A stretch of DNA of 60,978 nt, filler included, from Sphacelaria rigidula (lineage: Eukaryota): the NCBI GenBank assembly GCA_964200075.2. It is 6 parts of 6 records of this genome, joined end to end, with 100 filler letters (N's around TTAATTAATTAA, not from the genome) between each part and the next. Parts side by side here need not be neighbours in the genome. Positions count along the whole stretch, not along the records: positions 20,361 to 30,440 come from CAXNAA020007189.1; positions 30,541 to 40,620 come from CAXNAA020007190.1; 4 more parts are not named here. One strand, written 5' to 3'. A model generated the notes under the pieces. It had not been told where the DNA came from. It worked only from the letters and a program-made list of their open reading frames with translations, and did no database searches. Both the position numbers and the translations under genes were made by a program. Positions 24,204 through 37,100 of this stretch are shown piece by piece. How positions within the stretch are numbered: position 1 is the first letter of the stretch; each line of letters opens with the position of its first letter.

Positions 24204-24879
24204 TGACTAGATTATGATCATGACACTGCAGGCTAGGGGGTTTGATGTTGAAGCACAAATGCACATAGAAATGGTACGAATGCAAGCAAAAGACGGTACA
24301 ACGGGGCGACCCACACGACAAGAATGAGCGCGCAGACCCACCAAACACAGAGCGCGTAGATATACGATACTGGCAACTCGTTAAACGCTCAACATCGCAC
24401 ACGTCACCTCTGTGGGGGTTAGACGTGAGCGAAACGAGCGATCACCGCGGTTCGGCAGGGTAATAACGAAATATAACCCCCACGATACCTGAACAACACC
24501 CCACGAAAGTAGAGCACCACCCCGTACGAACAGAAAAAAGCACGCCGCCCAGGCTGTGTATCGGCGTCTGTGTCGAAAACCCACGCACACAGTTTGTAGT
24601 GAAAGACTTGCAGGGAAAGGATGAGGGCGTGTTCCGCCAAGGGCGCCAAAACGGAGGTGAGAAAACGAGCGCTAGTGAACCGCCCCTACGGGACGCGTCA
24701 CGCATACATAGTATTCACCTTACCCGTGTTAGATACGAAGGCCAGAGGCCGTTTCGACTCCGGCTTGCTCGAGGCTCGTTGGGGATGACCGAGAATTCAT
24801 GCTACGGTAGGGCTTGCCCATTTGGACCTAGATATATTACTCCTTCAGGGGCTCCTAAAGTTGAGAGCTGCACGAGTCA

Positions 24880-25560
24880 TTTTTAGGATGAAGTAAAGGG
24901 CTCCGAACAATACGAACCTCAAAAGATATCCGTGCACCCCCATCGTAGTACCACTCGGAGATCTTCCGCCAAGCTCCTCCTCTACTCGAGGGACTCGATT
25001 GTCACATGTAGATCGCCCGATGTGCTTATGGCCAGAGGCCGATCAGCCGCTGACAACGCTCTGGTGCTCCACTGAGTCGCCCGGCCTCACGGCTGCTCCC
25101 CCCGCGGTACAGAGCGCGGAGTGTGGCGGTGTAATGTCTGTCGGGAGGACCGGAATTCCGCCGGCAGTTTCCACGTTTTTCGTGATAGTGGCATGTCCAA
25201 AGATATTTCACGATTGCTTGGCATTGCGCCCGCTTCTGCCGCAGCGCGACTCCCGCAGTCGAACCACCCTCTTCCCGAGCACCCATTTCCATGGAGAACA
25301 GCTTGGAGGGATTTTGTGCATCGCCCGAGTCGTGGATCCGGGTAAGAGGCCCAAAAAGGCGTTCGAGACCTACTGTCGTGAGCTCGCGTGGACCGGGTTT
25401 CAAGACAAAATGCTCGAGTCGCCAAGTCGGGACATTTCTGTCTCCCTACTGCGTGACTAGGGTCAGAATTTTGTCGAGGCTCGCGGGCGGCCGCGCCGGG
25501 TCCAGGTCGGTGTTCGGCATACTCATGGCGGATACCGTGAAATGAATCACAGTGACTGCG
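24880..25560 (-). pseudogene. Decayed coding segment, possibly the gag of the same DIRS element
   Basis: Broken ORF (MPNTDLDP...LERLFGPLTRIHD...LWTCHYHEK) 5' of the MTase on the same strand; assignment is positional only. Confidence 0.3.
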
Positions 25561-26089
25561 GAAGGGACACAGGCCGAGCCAAGAGACAATAAATCTCTCT
25601 GGAGTACGTGAGCTGCAAAGCCACTGGGCGAGAGACATGGGCGTGTATGCTGACGAATGAATGAGTCTCAGCGGATCACTATTTCATATGTGTTTCCCTG
25701 TCGAAAACAGGGTGGGATAAATTGAAAGTGAGGAGAGGGCCTGTCGTCTTACAATTTTGCCTCTCTGGCTTATGACGGCTTGGAAAAATGATGTCTTGTT
25801 CCGATGACGCTTCTAGTGATACGTTTCTTATAAATGCCGTCCCACCAATAGCGTTCATCTGCATCTCACTTACAGGAGGGGTGTTTCACCTGATGACTAT
25901 TTCGTTGACTCCCCCCTCTCGGCACTCCTGTGTTGTTGTCGATATGGACTTGCGGCGTACAGTGTCTTTTACCACGTTCACAGAAGAGGAGCAGGTAGTT
26001 GTGCTTCCTCCGTCGCCCTTTGTGTGCGTGGTATTCTGTGTTTGATATAAAACTCATCTCGGCGCAGTCTGTTTGCCACATATACACCG

Positions 26090-26470
26090 TGACACATTTG
26101 AAAAATACGGGGAAAACGTAACTATGGGCCATTTAATGCTATGTAGGATTTGAGTTTTTGGACGGGACAAATGTAACGTAACGTGATGTAACGTGTGGAC
26201 CTTGAAGCAGTGTCTCTTGGGATTTTCTAGATGTAAAAGAAGCTGGTTTGTGAATTTTCCACGTGACACGTGACACGTGACACAATCACGAAAGAACACA
26301 GAGTTTTCGTCACATTTGGAAAGTAAAACACTTTGTTAGGGTTCATGCGAAGGACCGAAGGACCACACGTTACATCACGTTACGTTAAATTTGTCCCATC
26401 GCAAAAATCAAACCTTTCCTGGTTCTAAATGACTCAAAAATAGCTTTTTTTCAAATCTGCCATGTAAAAG
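26090..26470. mobile_element. Foldback/MITE-like inverted repeat
   Basis: gggacaaatgtaacgtaacgtgatgtaacgtgtgg (26164-26198) vs ccacacgttacatcacgttacgttaaatttgtccc (26363-26397); weaker outer arms. Confidence 0.7.
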
Positions 26471-26696
26471 CGTCACGTGTAACGTTTATACCCCTGGAAA
26501 TTTTCAAAAATGGAGCATGGCTCAGGGAAAATGAAAAAATTATTTGGAGCATGAATGCCTCCGTACCATACACTGCCAAAACAAAAACACAAGCTCAACT
26601 GACACCTCCGGGCGCCGCTCATACCAGCTCATCTTGTTTCTCTGTCACCGTAATCAGCACAATTACACATTTGAAACTTGAGGGTCGTTCGTGGTC

Positions 26697-27550
26697 TTCG
26701 ACTATTCTACATCCTTATTTTCAACATCAGTCAGCTTTATGTCCGGATGAATAAGAGCAGAAACCACGATTGTAGGTAGCAGCATGTGCGCGACATGCGA
26801 AAGACATACGGCGCTTTTGCTGCTGACCTTGCACAGTCGTGGCTTCTGCTCTTCGTCATCCAGACGTACAGCTAACCGATGTTGAGAATGAGGATGTACA
26901 GTAGTCGAGAAGCCATGGGACATGGTGACGACTGCCGAGGAAATATACCGCAACAAAGGCATGGCGATGAAATGCATACTACGCTCGGGATGCCCGCCCC
27001 CTTGCCGCACCCCACACCATACCCTACTCGATGCAGGTCAACGATGTGCCCACTTATACCGCAGACATGATGCCGAACCCGGTCCCCACCGGAGGGATTG
27101 GTGCTCCATCCGGATCGGGTATCGTTAACGAGGTTTGTGCTCCACAACCATGTGTATATCGCGAACGTGATACCGCAGCTGCTCTTCAACGTAGAAATTT
27201 GAGCTCAATCCGGAGCGGGCATCGTTAACGCACGAGGGTTCTGCGCCACAACGAGGAGCAGGTTCGGCATCATGTTTACGGTATGCACATGATTATGGCG
27301 CACAAACCTCGTTAACGACGCCCGCTCCGGATGGAGCACCACTTCCTTTGTTGAGGACCAAGTTCGGCGTCATGGTCGCGTTATAAGCAGGCACATCGTT
27401 GACCTTCACCGAGAAGGATATAATGTCGGGCGCGGCAGAGGGGCGGGCATCCCGGGTGTAATATGCATTTCATCGCCATGGCTCAGTTCCGATATTTCCT
27501 CGGCAGTGATCACGATGTCTGATGGCCTCTCGACTACATCCTCATTTTTG
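26697..27550. repeat. Compound palindrome: arms 26697-26777 / 26829-26910 overlapping arms 26883-27152 / 27286-27550, with partial direct copies in the loop
   Basis: catggcgatgaaatgcata vs tatgcatttcatcgccatg; cgttaacgaggtttgtgc vs gcacaaacctcgttaacg; agagcagaaaccacga vs tcgtggcttctgctct. Confidence 0.8.
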
Positions 27551-28654
27551 ACAGTTGGGCATCGCAGCCGCACAATTATGACGACGGCGCGGGCTGCACC
27601 AGCATTGGTGCTGACTTTCTGAGCGAGATCGGGGAGAGGGAAGATATGTCGGAGGGTTCGGAGGGAATATACGGTGGTGGCAGCTTTTGGTGGCAGGGAC
27701 AGGAAAGGCGCAAATGTTAAGGGCGGGGAGGGTTTGCTCGGGGGACTGGAGTTGCGGGCCGAAGATGGTGAGCAGTAACGATGTACGACCTGCACCGTAT
27801 GTATAGATAGGAGGCCTCTGAACCACATGCATCGCGCGCGTGCGTATGTCGCGTGTGTCGCCCCCGCTCCCCCCCCAAAGAAAACAAACGGGGGGTGGTG
27901 GTGGTATTTTGGTTAGTTTTGTCACCTCGTTTGGCTTTGGCCGCTCTTCTTGTCATGTGTGAAGCCTGTATCGCATCATCAGTGTTTGCTGTAAATGAAT
28001 GTGTCCCAAAGATTTCCTGTTCGTCGGTTGTGTGATGAAAGCAAAGTCAGTTTCCTGTATTGGTGTTCATAACTTGCCCCTTAGTCGGGGGTTCCAGTGC
28101 TCTGCTGCTGCCAAGTTGTCGGGTGCTAGTTTTCTCTGTGCTGTAGTGAAAGGCGATATAATTTGGGACATGACAACGCGAACAAAATATGCAGATACAC
28201 CGTCGTGAGTGTCGATACGACCAGAAGTGTCCTACCCGTGTGCTGCACTGTACTATACTGCGCTGGATTATGCTGTACCAGAAATTCTTCCTTACTATGT
28301 TCACAGCGTGGCATTAGATCCTCCATTGCATTGTACAATGTATTGTATAATACAACGCAGTACAGCACAAGCACAACCAGCGTACCAAGCAACGAGTGTC
28401 TCCAGTTTGGCATGGCGTAGATGGCAAGGTATAATACCCCCTCTCCGAGTGATTCTACGTGTTGGAGCGTCGATTTTATCCAAAATCGAGACCCGTCCCT
28501 TTTGGCAACACCCCAACACCGGACGAGAGTGATGGAATTTTTTTCCAGCGAAGCAGGTTTCGGGATCGTGGCGCCCGTCAGTAGTATTCTTGTGTTCTTG
28601 TTATGACTTCGCCAAGTATGACCTTCTAAGTCAAATTGGCAATGGTTACTGACA

Positions 28655-28719
28655 GTCGTCACGCAAATGCTCGGCCTGGGCCAAGCCCTACCTCCTGGGG
28701 TGGTGGTGGTGGTGGTGGT

Positions 28720-28751
<32 letters not shown>

Positions 28752-29092
28752 GACTTTTCACATTTTTCTGAAAAAGCCCAATCGTGGGAGGTGTTGTATG
28801 AAAAATGGACGTCTCCACCCACCTCCAGCGTACACAGGTCATGGACTGCCCTGGTGGATGTGCTTTACAGCTTTTCGTGTTGTTGTGATGTAGTCACCAA
28901 GCATTACATTCCTCTTCAAATTGTGCTTTACAGCTTTTCGTGTTGTTGTGATGTGATGAAGTCACCAAGCACTACAATTCCTCTTCAAATTACAATTAAA
29001 TGGCAACGACTATCGACAGCCATCATGCAAACCCTCGGCCTGGACCATACCCCACCTCCTGCATGGGGTGGCGCGTGTGTCGACTTCTCAGG
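28655..29092 (+). repeat. Nested direct repeats with (GGT)n(GT)n microsatellite
   Basis: ctcggcctgg...cctcctg...gtgtgtcgactt at 28670-28756 and 29034-29086; ~63-bp tandem duplication 28859-28991. Confidence 0.7.
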
Positions 29093-29459
29093 TTTGGCAG
29101 ATTCGATACTGTACGCAGTACACTCCTTTCCACTGCAATACGTTGTCTAGGGGTGCATTTATATTTTGGGGATTAGACAAGAAAGCGTATACCACGTGGT
29201 TCTAGGGATACAAAAGGGTAGCGCACTTTTCGGTTCGGGGCGCAGCACTGCACGCGCGCTGGGCATCTCCGAACACGTTCCAGTGCCTCAGCCCTACACC
29301 CAACGAGCTTTGGCAGCATGGCCAACCTTCTTGCTTTTTACACATGGCAACAGTGTTTACCGGGGTGCGGGAAAGGAGACCTTGTGGGAAAACCCTGCTT
29401 AGTCAACAACCCAGCCGGGTATACCTGACACTAAGCTAAAGAAATATATCGTGTCTTTT

Positions 29460-30038
29460 TTTGTTCACGTGCGTACCCTCTCATGTCCCTTGACATCCTG
29501 CATACCTGATTTGGCTCAGTGGTGACCCTGCTGCGGGCTCCGCAGTGGACACCCCAAACACCCCCTCTTTTGCCAATATACGCCCTGCCAAAAAAATCAA
29601 AAAGTTCAACGACCAAGATATCGTGGCCCGCTGCTGGATACCGCGTAGTCCCAAAGTATCGGACTACGTGCGCCGGGCAAGAATGCTCGTCTCCGGGAGA
29701 TCACAAAGATCCAAAGACGTGTGAAAAGTTTTGCCCGCCCACACAAGATCCTGCCACTCTGTCATCCTCCACATGATGACGTGCGTACGGGCGGGTGACG
29801 GCAAGACTCCCCACACTTGTTGAACTTTTTGTAGTCTCCCGCAGACGGATGTCGTGCTCTGCGCACATAGTTGGGTATTTTGGAACTGCGCCGCAGCAAG
29901 CCGCAGACCACGATATCGTGGTCGTTGGACTTTCAGGTCGTTCCGGCAGGTTGACAAAAAGGGTATATTTGGGTGTCCACTGCGGAGCCCGCAGCAGGTA
30001 TACGTCAAGGAACTTTAGAGGTTACACACGTGAACAAG
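29460..30038. mobile_element. Foldback element, arms ~29460-29722 and ~29812-30038
   Basis: cctgctgcgggctccgcagtggacaccc vs gggtgtccactgcggagcccgcagcagg; ttgttcacgtg vs cacgtgaacaa; aacgaccaagatatcgtgg vs ccacgatatcgtggtcgtt. Confidence 0.8.
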
Positions 30039-30049
30039 GAAGGGCTATT

Positions 30050-30385
30050 CTATGGGGTAAGTGTTCGATATTTCCATGAACTATTTCGATACAATCGTAG
30101 TCGTCCGGTACGAAGAGGCATTTTACGGTACCGCCCAGGACGTCGTGGGTACTCACCCACGCCTTTATATCCTTGATTACGTGCGCAACAAGTTGCCGCA
30201 GGGGGCCGGTTTCCATCCCACCCCTTTGCCCTTCCCACTCCTCATCCCCATACAAACCCCTGTGAACCAGCTCCCACACATCTCTCCTGGAACGCTTCGT
30301 GTCGTAGTTGAAGCTCACACACTGCTGACCATGTTGCCAAAACAGCTCGATGGGCTGAAAAGATGGCATGTAGGTGGGGTGTACT
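30050..30385 (-). pseudogene. C-terminal fragment of an IS630/Tc1/mariner DDE transposase
   Basis: P.YMPSFQPIELFWQHG matches the P-Y-x-P-x-x-(N/Q)-P-I-E-x-x-W motif holding the third catalytic residue; cut upstream by a repeat. Confidence 0.75.
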
Positions 30386-32231
30386 CATGATCATGCATGC
30401 CATAGTCATAAGACCATCGACCTCGGATCCCTACAAAGCCNNNNNNNNNNNNNNNNNNNNNNNNNNNNNNNNNNNNNNNNNNNNTTAATTAATTAANNNN
30501 NNNNNNNNNNNNNNNNNNNNNNNNNNNNNNNNNNNNNNNNGTGTATCTGCGACGTGTTCCTGTGTATTCAACATGGTATACATGAAATCATCACGCATTC
30601 GTCTGCGCATGATTGGACTTAACTAGATACTTGTTCGCTCTAGTACATCGGCTCGCACAGTAGAGATGCGCATGTGGACAACAACTATGTCCAACACTAT
30701 TCTGTTTGTAACAATGTATCAACCATCTGCAGTATCAAGAGTCATTCATGGGTGTATTCTATTCTGAGGCCGGTGGACAGGAGTGACGTTTTCGCATGTC
30801 GTGAAACCGGCGAGGGTTGGAGGTGCTGGAATGCGCGCGTAGCCCAAACGGTTGCCCCCATTACTCATCGCGAAGTCAATTGATTGGGATGTGATGTTTT
30901 GCATCATCTGCGCCAAGACGGCAGCTACAAGTTTGGTGGTCGATTTTGTTTATCTCATCGGGATTCGAGCTTTATAACAAATTCAGTGGAAAAAACATGG
31001 TTTTTTTGCGATTTCCTCGATCACCAGAACAGCTTTGGTTCCACAATCTTTCCAGATTGTAGCTTGGACAAACACACGCTGGTTAGTAGCCTACGCACGC
31101 CGTGGTTCGTAGCCCGGGACAGCGAAAATGGGAAATCATCGAGTGAAAACCCTACTCAAATCATAAGTACTTGGGGGAACTTTACGGCGTGCATAATCAG
31201 GGGATGAACGAGATCTCCGGTCTGTTCGTGCTTTTGGTCGGTGACACTTTTTGGGCTCATTTTGGGGGGTCAGGCGCGCCCATAACAGTGCAGGCCGTAC
31301 AATGCTGCACGTTGTTCAAGTCCTTTTCACGTCGCACTGTAGGAAGAGAACATATATATATATATATACATTGTCCTGCGCTGTCTGTACTGTACTTTTC
31401 CCCTTTCCTTTCACGCCCTACTTACTGTGCTGCAGCAGCTGTGCGCAAATATGTTGTGGAACGCGCGTGAAAAACTGGAGTTCGTGACGGTATATAACAC
31501 CCCCATATATCAAAATAAGCCGCAGGCATCTACATTGAAAATAGCCAGCTATACGTAGCATATAAGCCGCGCCAATTCTGCAGTGCATGGCACCGCACGT
31601 ATAAGCACGGTATAGCGCACTGTCCCTCGTGGTATTGTACAGTTCAGTACAGTTTATCGTTGTGATTATATGTCCACATCAAAGTACAATATCAACCGCG
31701 ATGAGATCTTTGGCGTTTTTATTAATCTCAAAATTATTTTGTGTATGTATTAGTTTGGTAGACACGAGACTACGTGTTTCTCATCAGGTATATGCATTCA
31801 TAACCGAGGTATAGCCTGTTCTGGCAACAACACCTCAGCTGCAACTAAAGCTTGCGTGCAGTATGTGGGACTTGAACAGCAGAAGCTGCTCGCAAACAAG
31901 TTCTTTCTCTGCCCATTTTCAGGTATTGGCGGGCAAGATGGGCATTTATTTCGAACAGCTTCCGGTGTACAAATTCTATCTGCTATGGTGTATATGGGAT
32001 CATCTGTACAGCTTCTGCTCTTCGAAACGAATCTTTTTTGCCCTATTCCGAATTTGATTTAGGATTTATTTCGAACAGCAGAGGCTGTCCAAATTCCAGA
32101 TTTCCACTACACTTGTTGTGCATTTAGAAAAAATCCGGGGGATTTCAATGTTGACACCGACCTTTGAGAGCCCCAAAATTGAAAATCCCAATAATTGAGA
32201 AGTACAAAGAATACAACTATACTAACTACTA

Positions 32232-32300
32232 TCATGTGTCGGTCAGTGGATAACAGTCCAGCCTTGTGAAGATGAAGTTGTGGGTTCGACTCCACGTCCA
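32232..32300 (+). ncRNA. tRNA-like Pol III head (SINE head or tRNA pseudogene, GTG-like loop)
   Basis: A-box-like GGTCAGTGG (32241), B box GGTTCGACTCC (32283-32293) in a gtgg/ccac T-stem, T7 run downstream; acceptor stem does not pair. Confidence 0.45.
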
Positions 32301-34155
32301 AACTTGCTCAGTCCTTTTTTTCCGCCAGTACCTTGCCCCTAGCTGCATGTGAAGGGTAGTGTTTGTGCGGAAACACACTGCACAGCATTGCCAGCAGCGA
32401 TGAACTCTTCACGGGGCGACGGAACCCCGTGATTCGTCCTGTAATAATAAGACGCATAAAACACTGTACAGTAGACGTCCTGCCAAAAAAACTGCACAGT
32501 ATTCATGAGCACTATAGAGGAACCCTGTGAACGTCCTGTGCTACGCTGAAAAACTCTGTTCAGTAAAATTCTCGCCAGCAACACTGCGCAGGGTACGTAC
32601 ACCCTGTAGACCCCCTCAACAGGGTGCTAACTGTCCACGTGTGCGAGCTTCTCGTGGTTTTTGTTGCATTCTTTCACCTTCTGGTTTTTGGGTTTTGGTA
32701 GTCAAACCTACCTAGCCAGTTTGCTAGATAGTCAGTAGTTAGCTACCGCGAACCTTTCAACCTGTGCGCTACACCGTACATAGTACTCGTGACTTGCAGC
32801 TTTTGCTGCTTGCTGCTTGCTGCAGCGTTTGACTGCACGCCTTGGACACGCTGGATCAACTTGCATTGTCGCACCAACCCTGTCTTGTTGTGTTGCTGCT
32901 TATTTTGTAGAATACATACCTGCATCTTGCACTGGTCGTGCGTGTATTATATCTGCACAAGGTACAATCCCTGCTCGTTCACTACAGAACGATCACACGC
33001 CCCGCCAGCACTGCCTTGCGTACTTGGCTTTGTTGCCCCCTCCCTTCTGGCAGGACAAGTCTTCTACTACAGGTTTGTTACAGGACACCAGTGCACAGGG
33101 TGCACTGTTGCTCATAGTCAGCCGGTGTTCCTGACCTGAGCTCCTTGCCAAGTCTGCAATCTTCCGCTTTCATATTTCAGTATCGATCGTACACGACTGT
33201 TGCATCTTTTGTTCACGGGTCGCTGAATAACACAACCCGTGCTCCTAAAACGGGTGACCGCGGACATCTGTACACGAGATTTGTGACCGTTCCGGCACTT
33301 TCGCTGCGTCACGATCTACGTCACTCGTAGCTACTTTGTTGTTGTTGTTGTTCTCTTCTAGTGTACTTCGCACATCTGTAGAGCAGCGCTGTACATCACC
33401 GCGGTAAGTAACAATACACAGCACAACGGACTGTGAGGTTTTTTCTCATTAATCCCCTCTCAGCCAAAGGAATAATTAATTGTCCTGAGACAGTTTCGTC
33501 GTGATAATACTCGTTGTAACATCCCAGACTTACGTTACGTGCTCTCTTGGAGCAAACGGTACTCGAAACCAGTGCCCCTTGCCTGTGCACCACCTTTTTT
33601 CGGCACCCGCCCTCAGCGTTGCCCCTGCTGCGCACAACTTCAACTTTGGTTCATATACATACGTTGTCCCAACTCCGTTGTGTAACAAGCTTTCGCCCTG
33701 CACTGCACAGTCCGATGTTGCGGTCTACATCCCAATCTTTGTAGAAGACTTTGTGCTGCCCTACGCCGCACAACCATTCCGTGCTCATCTAAAACTTTCA
33801 CTGAACACCGCCAGTCGTTTCTCAGATTGTGCCGGGATAATACAGTTATAGTCTGCCCTTGACGCCACAGCCGGAGCACATGTGAGTTGTACTACTCTCA
33901 GATACCAACGCTGCTACAGACAACTGGATTTGCGCCTTTTTCGACGCCGTACGTCTGTTCTGTGCACAAGCCCGAGCTTCCGTTGACAGCAATTACCGCC
34001 ACAACTTAGATAGTTGTATTGATCAGACCTCTGACGTTGTTGTTACATACAGCAATTAGCTTGAATAATAATCCTCGAGTTCATCAGGTTCCCACGGTCC
34101 CTCCAGGCGCTATTAGGCTTCATTATCCCGTATTTCCGGATACAAGCTTCGGCCA

Positions 34156-37100
34156 TTGCACTTAGCATTTCTTGGTGTCACGATTGTGCCCCCAACTGAG
34201 TTGTTGTCCCTGGACACACGTGTCCAGCTTGGCCCTGTAACGGTTGCTTCAACCGTGGCACCCCGTCGCATGACGGTTGACAACTCTCGAGACGACTCAG
34301 TCCCGGCGAAGTGTATCGCTTCTGGAGCAAGAGATTTTGTCACACGGGCTGCTTCCGTTACGGACCCCCATCGCACGGCTCTCGGCAATCCCATGCGCCC
34401 GACTGCGCAGTCCAATGTCGGACCAGCAGTCGCGGCCATGCATTCTGCCCTGCAGAATATGCATCGCACTTCATCTGCGTCGGCGCACTCGCCAGCCTCA
34501 GCTCTCATCGAAGCATTCACGGCTTTTTGGCAGGCCACACTCCAAGACCAATCGGCGTCTGCTCACGTGCAATTCAACGATGATTCTGTACCTACCACGC
34601 CCAAACCCGTACATTTGGCGCGCCGATCGGCGACATCGCGTCCTCCGTTCGTCACTCATGAAAAGTTCAACGAACATGAGTCCAGCCCCTCCTCGACGTC
34701 AAACCAAAGTCTTGCTCGCGCTCCTGACCGGCGCCGCACACCGACAGTTGGTCACGACCACGTCACCCGTGCTGGCACTTCCAAGGACAACTCCCGCAAG
34801 GCTTGAATTCATCGCGCATTTTCACACGCCCGAAAAATGTCACTCATGGTCGCACATATGACGGGAGTTCACGACACAGTTCCAACTCATCGCGCGCTCC
34901 GAAGCGCCCGGTGAATGCCAACCGTGACCGTACTCAAGAGGATGATTCGCGGCACAGATCAAGTTCATCGCGCGTTCACTCGCGCTCGAAGAACACCGAT
35001 GGTGCTACCGCGCGCACCCCTCCTGCTTCGCATCCGACACGCCGCCGTCGTTTACGCAATGAAAATACTGTACATGCTGACGATATCCGATATATATTTT
35101 CGGACATGTCACCGCCTCTGGAATCCTCAAATGAGGGATCCGGCCGTACTTCATCGCAAAACCGAGGACCCCGCAATGACCGCGACTCGCCGTCCCGCTC
35201 TGCTGCTGCGGTTATTCGTTCTCTTCAACAACGATTGACAGACCTCGAGCAAAAACTATCAACAATGGCGAACTCAAGAACCACCGCCGCTGCCGCCAAG
35301 ACCACGGTGGAGACAACAGACGTTACTGCAGCTACTGCTGCCTTCACAACTACCGCTGCCGCCGCTGCTACCTTGGCCGCTGCGCCTTCTTCCACGCCAA
35401 CTACAGTCACGGCCCCAACACCCGTTGCCGCCCCGTCTACAGTCGACACCCACGCAGATAGTGGTCCAACCACTGGCCCGGTCGCGGATGCCCCCGTGCG
35501 CTCGCCCCCGTATGTGGAGGATCTCCCTCCGCCCGGCGATGAGCATTGCCCTACCGACCTTCTGTTGGGGCTGTTCAGGAACCGCCCCCGTGCGAAACAA
35601 CTGGAACTCATTGATGATTTCGCCTCGCAAGCGGCAGCGCTGGCCAAGAACGTACTCGAGCAACAAAGGGAGGCCGACGTCGCTGTGGCACGCGTTCTAG
35701 CCGAAGAACACGCAGCCAAGCACCAAGACCTCCAGTGCCAGGCTGCACGTGCTCAGACAACAAACTCCGTGGCTCAACGGGCTCTACAGGAAGGCCGCAC
35801 TGCTGCGTTGGCGGCTCAGAAGCGCATCAAGGAGCTCGAGGATTATGTCTGCAGAACTGCCCATGACGCGGCCACGTGGGTGGCCCGCCTCTCAAACCAC
35901 CCGGGCTCTCCGCCGCCCATCGGCAACACGCCCGGTGGTCGCTCTTTCCCCCCGCCAACGACCGACACGTCTACTTATGTGATCCTACGTAAGACCGACA
36001 ATACGTCGTATGCCTCGGCCGCTACCATCCCCACGACGGCCCCAACACGCCCACCTCATGCACCTAGCTCGGCGGCCGATGCCCGCCTGACGCCAGGTCC
36101 GCTACTGGCGCCTCACGAACGAGTGTGGCTTTCTCGTTCCGCGGTCGATTATGCCGGCCCGTTCCACAGAACCAACCACCTCCACTGTTCTCGCCAGGCG
36201 TGAAAATTGATTTCGCAACGCATGCTCTACGCCATTGGTGTTTACGTGTAGCAGGGGGGCTTCTTTCCCGACGAAGGCGTACTGGCACTCACCTTGGGCC
36301 AACTGGTCCTCTAGATGACTATCGGCGATTGCCCGGGTCACCAGCGTTACGTCCGCGCTGTCACCGATCTTTTGGCGGCGCTACGCGCCGCTTGCAACCC
36401 TGATCCCGGCGCCACCATCGCCGACGATGACCAAGATGAAGATGGGTGGACTGCCGCAAGTGCCAGCTGCAGGGGACAAAAGAAGAACCACCGGAAGGAT
36501 TATGACGACAACGACGGAGGAGGCTCACGCCGTCGCCACGGTGGTGAAGGATGCTCTTCGGGCGGCTCCGGACCGAACCGCCCGGCTCGCAATACCCACG
36601 GCCCGCCTCGCAAGAAAGCCGGACGTAATTCTTCCGGGTCTTCCGCGACAGGCTGGAACCGGTCTGGTACAGACCTTCCCCCCTCGGGTCTGGCGACACC
36701 AAGGCAAGTGGTCCCTGAATTGGCTGATGTTTCGGCCCGCATATTAGGTTTATCTGATACGGACACACCTGACCGTCCATTGTCTTCTACTGCAGCCGGC
36801 GCTTCAGCAACCGCTGCGGCTGACAAAGAACGTTCCGAAGCTAGTAAAAACCAACTTCCGATAGAGCCGAGTCTGGTCGAGTAGCTGCAATACGGAGACA
36901 GTATATTCAGATGGATGTGAAAAGGCTCTGGCACATTGAAACCATGCCTGCTGCGGGTAACGAAGATTCGGGCCAGTTTACTTCTGCCCTCATCACGTCC
37001 ATTCGCCGCGCTGTTTGTAACATCCTTCCTTGGCGAATGCAACTGGCACACAGCGTTTCGAAGATTCTGATTGGGTAGAGGGCTAGCAGACTCCCTTGTA

